From: Methylorubrum extorquens
GTDB lineage: Bacteria; Pseudomonadota; Alphaproteobacteria; Rhizobiales; Beijerinckiaceae
Direction: 5' to 3'
Assembly (NCBI GenBank): GCA_900234795.1
Contig: LT962688.1
Span: 3,060,001 to 3,092,000, forward strand
Length of the DNA stretch: 32,000 bases
The notes beneath the pieces are model-generated. The model saw only the letters and a program-made list of their open reading frames with translations. It did not search any database and was not told where the DNA came from. Position 1 is the first letter of the stretch. Every line of letters starts with the position of its first letter. The position numbers and the translations under genes are program-made. Positions 26,726 through 32,000 of the stretch are shown piece by piece.

Positions 26726-27835
26726 ATGGAAAAGTCCGTGCAACGCCGCGCCCTGTTGACCGCCGGCCTCGGTGCCGGATTGGGCGCCGTCGGATCCCTG
26801 GCGAGCCCGGCCCAGGCTCAGCAACCGACGCCGGAGCTGCGCTGGCGCCTGACCTCAGGCTATGCGCGCAACCTCGACATCCTGTTCGGTGCCTCCGAGA
26901 GCCTCGCCAAGGCGGTGGCCGAGGCGACCGATGGGCGCTTCCAGATCCAGGTCTCGGCCGCGGGCGAGTCGATCCCCGCCGACGGGCTGCTCGACGCGGT
27001 CGGAGGCGGCAAGACCGAGATGGGCCACGCACCGGCCAGCTTCGGCATGGCGAAGAACGCCGCCTTTGCCCTCGCCACCGCGATGCCGTTCGGGCTCAAC
27101 GCCCGCGGCCAGAATGCCTGGTGGCTCCAGGGCGGCGCGGCGGAGCTGTTCGCCGAGATCTTCGCCAAGAACGGATTGGTGGCGTTGCCCGGCGGTAATA
27201 CCGGGGCGCAGATGGGCGGCTGGTTCCGCAAGGAGATCAAGACGGTCGGCGACCTCCAAGGGCTCAAGCTGCGCATTAGCGGGCTCGGCGCCACGGTGCT
27301 GGCCAAGCTCGGGGCGGCGGTGCAGGCGACGCCGGGGCCGGAGATCTACGCCGCGCTGGAGAGCAAGGCGCTCGATGCGGCCGAATGGATCGGTCCGCAT
27401 GACGACGAGAAGCTCGGCCTCCAGAAGGTCGCGCCGATCTACCATTATCCCGGCTTCTGGGAGGGCGGCGCCCTCCTGCACTTCTGGATCAACGCCGACG
27501 CCTGGAAGGGCCTGCCCAAGACCTACCGCGCCATCCTGCAGGCGGCAGCCGCGCAGGTGAATGCCGACGTCCAGGCCCGCTACGACGCGCGCAACCCGCA
27601 GGCCCTGCGCCGGCTCGTCTCGGGCGGCGCGCAGCTCCGCCCCTTTCCGCAGGAGGTGATGGAGGCGGCCCTGAAGGCGTCGAACGAGGTCTATGCGGAC
27701 CTCTCGGCCAAGAACCCGGACTTCAAGCGGATCTACGACGCGATGAAGACCTTCCGGAACGAGGAATACCTCTGGTTCCAAGTGGCCGAGTACACCTACG
27801 ACAACTTCATGATCCGCGCCCGCGCCCGCGGATGA
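26726..27835 (+). CDS. TRAP-transporter DctP-family periplasmic binding protein with Tat signal, orphan
   Basis: GGGAG lies 5 nt upstream of the ATG. MEKSVQRRALLTAGLGAGLGAVGSLASPAQA. Body: LRWRLTSGYARNLD...GTAMPFGLNARGQNAWW...GGWFRKEIKTVGDLQGLKLRI...EWIGPHDDEKLG (COG4663-like). No DctQ/M genes are adjacent. Confidence 0.85.
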   Translation: MEKSVQRRALLTAGLGAGLGAVGSLASPAQAQQPTPELRWRLTSGYARNLDILFGASESLAKAVAEATDGRFQIQVSAAGESIPADGLLDAVGGGKTEMGHAPASFGMAKNAAFALATAMPFGLNARGQNAWWLQGGAAELFAEIFAKNGLVALPGGNTGAQMGGWFRKEIKTVGDLQGLKLRISGLGATVLAKLGAAVQATPGPEIYAALESKALDAAEWIGPHDDEKLGLQKVAPIYHYPGFWEGGALLHFWINADAWKGLPKTYRAILQAAAAQVNADVQARYDARNPQALRRLVSGGAQLRPFPQEVMEAALKASNEVYADLSAKNPDFKRIYDAMKTFRNEEYLWFQVAEYTYDNFMIRARARG

Positions 27836-27854
27836 TCGGACCGGAACTCAAGAC

Positions 27855-27880
27855 AAAAAAAAGCCGCCCCTAAGGGCGGC
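27855..27880 (-). terminator. Rho-independent terminator oriented for the minus strand
   Basis: Minus strand reads GCCGCCC-uuag-GGGCGGC followed by U8 (27862-27855). On the plus strand the A8 run precedes the hairpin and no T tract follows it. Confidence 0.6.
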
Positions 27881-27950
27881 CCGAAGTCTAGGGAGGAAAC
27901 GCCCAAAGAGGGCAGCGGGAGGCAGACGCCGTCTGAGTTCCCGCAATGCA
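27855..27950 (-). ncRNA. Candidate trans-acting sRNA (about 90 nt) with two CCUCCC anti-SD motifs
   Basis: Possible promoter CTTGCA (27980-27975), about 16-17 nt, CATTTT (27957-27952). Downstream are hairpin CAGAC-ggc-GUCUG, single-stranded CCUCCC (27922-27917), hairpin UGCCC-ucuuu-GGGCG, single-stranded UUUCCUCCC (27896-27891), then the terminator hairpin plus U8. No convincing ORF. The 5' end is a guess. Confidence 0.35.
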
Positions 27951-28361
27951 CAAAATGATCTTCGCTCAGGATTTTGCAAGTCGCTTCGTTGGCAATGATC
28001 GCGTTTGCGCGTGTGGAGGCACACGTCGGCCGAGGTCTGTCACTCAAATGCCGCAGACGATTTCGAGGCCCGGCCGCAATGAATCGCCGCGGCCTATGCA
28101 GTAAACGGGGCCGCGCGCATTGTTTTCGCGCACGCCAGATCCTTGAACCGTTTAGCGATTTCTGATCCGCGCCGGGCGACGCCCGGAGGCGGTGGGTGCG
28201 TCGGGCCCGAGTCGGATGCAACGTTCTTCGCCCTGATGCATTCCCTGCCCCGAACGGGACGTCCGACCCGCGGAATCAAGGTGGGGCCCGAATCGGCGCG
28301 ACCGGCCGCCTTGGCGGAGACGGACGGAATAGAAGCTGCCGAGACGGGGCGTTTTCGAGCG

Positions 28362-29765
28362 ATGGCGATCCAACCGGCCCGCATCCGGGTGCTGAGCGAC
28401 GTGAAGCCGCGCGAAGGCGCCGGTTACGTCCTGTACCTGATGCAGCAAGCCATGCGCGTCCCGTTCAATCCGGCGCTGGAGCTGGCGATCGAGGAAGCCA
28501 ACCGCCTCAAGCTTCCGCTCCTCGTCTGCTTCGGCCTGCTCGACGGCGCCAACGGCTTCCCCGAGGCCAATGCCCGGCACTACGCCTTCCTGTTGCAGGG
28601 GCTCGCCGACGCGGCCGCTGCCCTGGAAAAGCGTGGCATCGCCTTCCTCCTGCGCCGGGCAACGCCGGCTGAGGTCGCCATCGATCTCTCGGCAGACGCC
28701 GCGCTGCTGGTGCTCGACCGCGGCTACCTCGCGATCCAGAAACGCTGGTACGGCGAGATCGAACGAGCGGCGCAATGCCGGATCGTTCAGGTCGAGGGCG
28801 ATGTGGTGGTGCCGCTCGAGACCGCCTCGACCAAGCACGAATACGCCGCGCGCACCCTGCGCCCGAAGCTCCGGAAGCTCTGGGACGATTATCTCGAACC
28901 CGTAGAGCCGCGCACGATCGATCACCCGGCCGAGGGGCTGATCCAGCGGCTTAAGCTGAGGGATGGGCTCGACGTCTCGGACCCGGAAAAGCTTCTCGCG
29001 AAGCTAGCCCTCGACACCACGGTCGGCCCGGTGAAGCGCTTCCGCGGCGGCTACACCGAGGCTGCCGGGCATTTGAAGCGCTTCCTCGAGCACGCCTTCG
29101 CCGGCTACGGGGCCGGGCGCAACAAGCCGGAGGCCGGGGCGGCTTCGCATATGAGCCCCTACCTGCATTTCGGGCACATCTCGCCGGTCGAGATCGCCCT
29201 GGCGATCCGCGCCGCGAAGGACGCTGACGATGACGACCGCTCGGCTTATCTCGAGGAGCTGATCGTCCGGCGCGAATTGGCGATGAACCACGTCTTCCAC
29301 ACGCAGGGCTATGACGACTACGCCCGCGCCGTGCCCGACTGGGCCCGCAAGACGCTGGCCGAGCACGCCGGCGACCCGCGCCCGAAACTCTATTCCGAGG
29401 AGGAGTTGGCGGAGGGGAAGACCCACGACCATTACTGGAACGTCGCCATGCGCGAGATGCGCGAGACCGGCTACATGCACAACCAGCTCCGCATGTACTG
29501 GGGCAAGAAGATCCTCGAATGGTCGCCCTCGCCGGAGGAGGCGTTCGCCCGGACGCTGCGGCTCAACAACCGCTACTTCCTCGACGGGCGCGACGCGAAC
29601 TCCTTCACCAACGTCGCCTGGATCTTCGGCCTGCACGACCGCCCGTGGCAGACCCGCCAGATTTTCGGGAGCGTGCGCTATCAGAGCGAGAACTCGCTCC
29701 GGAAGTTCGACGCGAAGGGCTACGAGCGGGCGGTGACGCGGCTGTGCGAGGCGGAAGAAGGCTGA
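28362..29765 (+). CDS. Class II CPD photolyase (deoxyribodipyrimidine photo-lyase)
   Basis: From ATG 28362: MAIQPARIRVLSDVKPREGAGYVLYLMQQAMRVPFNPALE...ASTKHEYAARTLRPKL...SPYLHFGHISP...ELIVRRELAMN...HNQLRMYWGKKILEW...DGRDANSFTNVAWIFGLHDRPW parallels class II enzymes as I recall them. The ORF part 28143-28361 lacks similarity. Confidence 0.85.
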   Translation: MAIQPARIRVLSDVKPREGAGYVLYLMQQAMRVPFNPALELAIEEANRLKLPLLVCFGLLDGANGFPEANARHYAFLLQGLADAAAALEKRGIAFLLRRATPAEVAIDLSADAALLVLDRGYLAIQKRWYGEIERAAQCRIVQVEGDVVVPLETASTKHEYAARTLRPKLRKLWDDYLEPVEPRTIDHPAEGLIQRLKLRDGLDVSDPEKLLAKLALDTTVGPVKRFRGGYTEAAGHLKRFLEHAFAGYGAGRNKPEAGAASHMSPYLHFGHISPVEIALAIRAAKDADDDDRSAYLEELIVRRELAMNHVFHTQGYDDYARAVPDWARKTLAEHAGDPRPKLYSEEELAEGKTHDHYWNVAMREMRETGYMHNQLRMYWGKKILEWSPSPEEAFARTLRLNNRYFLDGRDANSFTNVAWIFGLHDRPWQTRQIFGSVRYQSENSLRKFDAKGYERAVTRLCEAEEG

Positions 29766-29769
29766 TCCT

Positions 29770-30555
29770 TCAGCGTTTCAAGCACCCCATCAGCCCATCG
29801 ACCTGACCCATCCGGCTCTGGATGCGTCCGGCAATCGCCCGCACCCCACGGGTCGGCTTGCCGGCGCTGCGCAGGATCGGGTTCGGTAGGACGGCAGCGA
29901 GCAGCGCCGCCTCGTTGCGGCTCAGGTCGCGCGCGCTCTTGCGGAACCAGTGGCGGGCGGCGGCCTCGGCCCCGAAGATGCCCTCCCCCCACTCGGCGAC
30001 ATTGAGATAGATCTCCATGGTCCGCCGCTTGCCCCAGACCGCATCGGCCATCACCGCGAGCGGGATTTCGAGCCCTTTGCGGATGTAGGAGCGGCCGGGC
30101 CAGAGGAAGACGTTCTTCACCGCCTGCATGGTGATGGTCGAGGCACCCCGGCTCGGGCCCTCCTCGTCGTCCACCACGTCGCGCAGGGCGCCCCAATCGA
30201 CGCCGTTATGCAGGCAGAAGCGCTGGTCCTCGGAGGCCATCACCGCCTGGACCAGGGCCGGGGCGATCGCTTCCAGCTTCACGCTGTCCCGCTGCGCGCC
30301 CTGGAGCGTCAACCAACGGCCCAGCATCAGGGTTGAGGGCGGGGTCGCCACGCTATAGACGAGCGCGAGCGTGAGCGTGAAGGCAAGAATGGCAATGGGA
30401 GCGAGCGTGATCAGGGTGGCGGCGCGCCGCAGCCCGGTTCGACGCCTCGGGGCGGGGTTCCGCGGCGCGGGGGTCCTCGCGAGGGGCTTCGGCGAAGGAA
30501 TCCTCCGCAGGTCGCGCCCGTGCCGTTCGGCTTCACTCTCCTCCGGCACCGCCAC
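29770..30555 (-). CDS. mtgA: Monofunctional biosynthetic peptidoglycan transglycosylase
   Basis: GT51 motifs ASEDQRFCLHNGVDW, RGASTITMQAVKN, RKGLEIPLA, and a TM anchor TLITLAPIAILAFTLTLALVY. ATG at 30555 gives an Arg/Pro-rich cytoplasmic tail; the start is moderately certain. Confidence 0.85.
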   Translation of the reverse strand: MAVPEESEAERHGRDLRRIPSPKPLARTPAPRNPAPRRRTGLRRAATLITLAPIAILAFTLTLALVYSVATPPSTLMLGRWLTLQGAQRDSVKLEAIAPALVQAVMASEDQRFCLHNGVDWGALRDVVDDEEGPSRGASTITMQAVKNVFLWPGRSYIRKGLEIPLAVMADAVWGKRRTMEIYLNVAEWGEGIFGAEAAARHWFRKSARDLSRNEAALLAAVLPNPILRSAGKPTRGVRAIAGRIQSRMGQVDGLMGCLKR

Positions 30556-30591
30556 GTCGCGTCCGCCCCTTCCCGATCCAGGCCCCTTCCG

Positions 30592-31554
30592 ATGACCTCA
30601 ACGCAGGCTTCCCACCCCTCGGTCAAGGCGGACGCCTATACGGGTGACTTTACCCACAGGCTCGCTCAGGTCGCCGACACCGTCGAGACCTTCCTCGTCG
30701 ATCTGCTCGGGCCGACGCTGCAGGCCGGCGAGATCGCCCGCCCGCCCCGGCTGATGGAAGCAATGCGCCACGCCGTGCTCGGCGGCGGCAAGCGGCTGCG
30801 GCCCTTCCTCGCCATCGAGACCGCGCGGATGCTCGGCGGGGCCGAGGATGCGGCGCTCGCGGCGGGTGCCGGCGTCGAACTCGTCCACTGCTACAGCCTC
30901 GTTCACGACGACCTGCCGGCCATGGACGACGACGACCTGCGCCGCGGCAAGCCCACCGTCCACAAGGCCTACGACGAGGCCACCGCGATCCTCGTCGGCG
31001 ACGCGCTCCAGACGCTGGCATTCGAGGCCACCGCCGATCCGCGCTGGCAGCCCGATCCGGCGATCCGGGCCGAACTGGTGCTCGGGCTCGCCCGCGCCTC
31101 CGGCCTCGGCGGCATGGTCGGCGGCCAGCTCCTCGACCTCTCGGCCGAGGGACGCTTCGGCCCGGCCACCATGGATATCGACGACACCCTGCGGATGCAG
31201 GCAATGAAGACCGGGGCGATCCTCGCCTTCTCCGTCGAAGCCGGCGCTCTCGTCGGCGGCGCGAACGCGGACGAGCGGGCGGCGCTGCTGCGCTACGGCA
31301 AGGCGCTCGGCCAAGCCTTCCAGGTCGCCGACGACATTCTGGACCGCGAGGCCTCGCCGGAAGCGATGGGCAAGGCCACCGGCAAGGACAAGGATGCCGG
31401 CAAGGCGACGCTGGTCGACCGCCTCGGCCTCGACGGCGCGCGGGCCGAGTGCGACCGGCTGGTGGCGTTGTGCGAGGAAGCCGTCGCCCCCTGGGGCGAC
31501 CGGGCGCAGGTGCTCAAGGACGCGGCCCGCTTCACCGTGGCCCGCAAGGCCTGA
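30592..31554 (+). CDS. ispA: Short-chain (E)-polyprenyl diphosphate synthase (FPP/GGPP synthase type)
   Basis: First Asp-rich motif LVHDDLPAMDDDDLRRGKPTVH, second FQVADDILD, plus GKRLRP. ATG at 30592, only 36 bp from the divergent mtgA start. Confidence 0.85.
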   Translation: MTSTQASHPSVKADAYTGDFTHRLAQVADTVETFLVDLLGPTLQAGEIARPPRLMEAMRHAVLGGGKRLRPFLAIETARMLGGAEDAALAAGAGVELVHCYSLVHDDLPAMDDDDLRRGKPTVHKAYDEATAILVGDALQTLAFEATADPRWQPDPAIRAELVLGLARASGLGGMVGGQLLDLSAEGRFGPATMDIDDTLRMQAMKTGAILAFSVEAGALVGGANADERAALLRYGKALGQAFQVADDILDREASPEAMGKATGKDKDAGKATLVDRLGLDGARAECDRLVALCEEAVAPWGDRAQVLKDAARFTVARKA

Positions 31555-31569
31555 TCTCCCATCACCAGC

Positions 31570-31674
31570 CCTCATCTTGAGGTGGACGCGTCAGCGGCCC
31601 TCGAAGGATCCTCCAGATCCCGCGCGACCCCTGGACGATCCTTCGAGGCCGCTGCGCGGCACCTCAGGATGAGG
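31570..31674. repeat. Long imperfect inverted repeat (about 105 nt composite hairpin) between convergent genes
   Basis: Outer arms CCTCATCTTGAGGTG (31570-31584) / CACCTCAGGATGAGG (31660-31674) have 1 mismatch. Inner arms GCGGCCCTCGAAGGATC (31594-31610) / GATCCTTCGAGGCCGC (31637-31652) have 1 bulge. Apical pair TCCAG (31612-31616) / CTGGA (31631-31635). Confidence 0.6.
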
Positions 31675-31725
31675 CGATTGGGTGGGATGACGCGCGGTGA
31701 CGCCGCCTATGGCCAAGCGGGTCAA

Positions 31726-32000
31726 TTAGTCCGAGCGAGTCGGCGCGTCGGGCGCCTTAACCCCGTGGAAGCGGTGCTGCTGGTCCGGCGGCACCCGGGC
31801 GCAATCTTCTCGACGGCCGAACACGCGGTAGCGAGTGCGCGCGACGAGGCTGTAGAGGCGGTCGCGCAGCGGCTTCGGAACGATTGCGAACACACCGCAC
31901 CACCGCCACGGCGCCCTGAGATGCCGCACCACGGCGAGCGCGGCATTCGAGCGCGTCAGCGCCCGCCCATCCTCGACCAGCAGGAAGGTGCCGTTGAGAT
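31726..32000 (-). CDS. Thiol-disulfide oxidoreductase DCC-family (DUF393) protein, partial (N-terminus beyond the window)
   Basis: The same frame is open to the window edge: ...LNGTFLLVEDGRALTRSNAALAVVRHLRAPWRWCGVFAIVPKPLRDRLYSLVARTRYRVFGRREDC, the typical DCC-family C-terminal half. TAA stop at 31726-31728. Confidence 0.7.
   Translation of the reverse strand, partial: LNGTFLLVEDGRALTRSNAALAVVRHLRAPWRWCGVFAIVPKPLRDRLYSLVARTRYRVFGRREDCARVPPDQQHRFHGVKAPDAPTRSD

Noticed and set aside
27796-28221. 141-aa minus-strand ORF in the gap between the TRAP SBP and photolyase genes; also a 21-24 codon frame ending at TAG 27888-27890.
   Set aside because: The long ORF reads straight through the terminator hairpin and the U8 tract and has no domain or RBS. 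The short frame has only a TTG start without an SD. A non-coding RNA is the better explanation.
1-32000. Scan for tRNA/rRNA genes, CRISPR arrays, IS elements/transposases/integrases, prophage genes, toxin-antitoxin pairs or known defence systems.
   Set aside because: There are no T-loop-like GGTTCGA(A/G)TCC contexts outside coding sequence and no direct-repeat/spacer arrays. No ORF has transposase, integrase, nuclease or NTPase defence signatures. The window reads as conserved chromosomal backbone plus one polysaccharide locus.

Overview
High-GC (about 70% by eye) chromosomal segment, by gene content an alphaproteobacterium of the Rhizobiales, possibly Methylobacterium-like; the taxon is inference only. 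All product calls come from motifs I recognise in the ORF translations, and no homology search was run. The window is mostly core housekeeping. On the minus strand: a response regulator, an SLT lytic transglycosylase, the his operon (hisB, DUF2628-like gene, hisH, hisA, hisF, hisE) translationally coupled to coaA, mtnP, and the cytochrome bc1 operon petABC. On the plus strand: a chemoreceptor gene, a Tat-secreted metallophosphoesterase, a small YARHG-like protein and metY. From 16.4 to 24.5 kb lies the only accessory-looking block, a compact capsule-type locus with two divergent units: kpsS-SDR-formyltransferase and kpsC-LtaS-like transferase-Wza-like lipoprotein. Downstream are two orphan periplasmic solute-binding proteins flanking a Cys-phosphatase, a class II photolyase, mtgA, an ispA-type prenyl synthase and a partial DCC-family gene. 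I found no tRNA or rRNA genes, CRISPR array, transposase or integrase, and no recognisable defence system. The points most worth a second look follow. (1) Three single-base frame problems (MCP, hisB 3' end, DUF2628/hisH junction) each sit in a plus-strand G run, and removing one G restores a canonical product, so assembly indels are more likely than biology. (2) A candidate minus-strand sRNA at 27.85-27.95 kb has a hairpin+U8 terminator and two CCUCCC anti-Shine-Dalgarno motifs. (3) The response regulator carries a NepR-like N-terminus. (4) The kps locus lacks kpsMTE, has an LtaS-like gene coupled to kpsC, and has an SDR with Cys at the catalytic Tyr position and no canonical start codon. (5) The 560-bp metY leader is highly structured, with a terminator-like hairpin and mutually exclusive stems. 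(6) The sensor half of the chemoreceptor gene and its upstream region are compositionally atypical (low GC).
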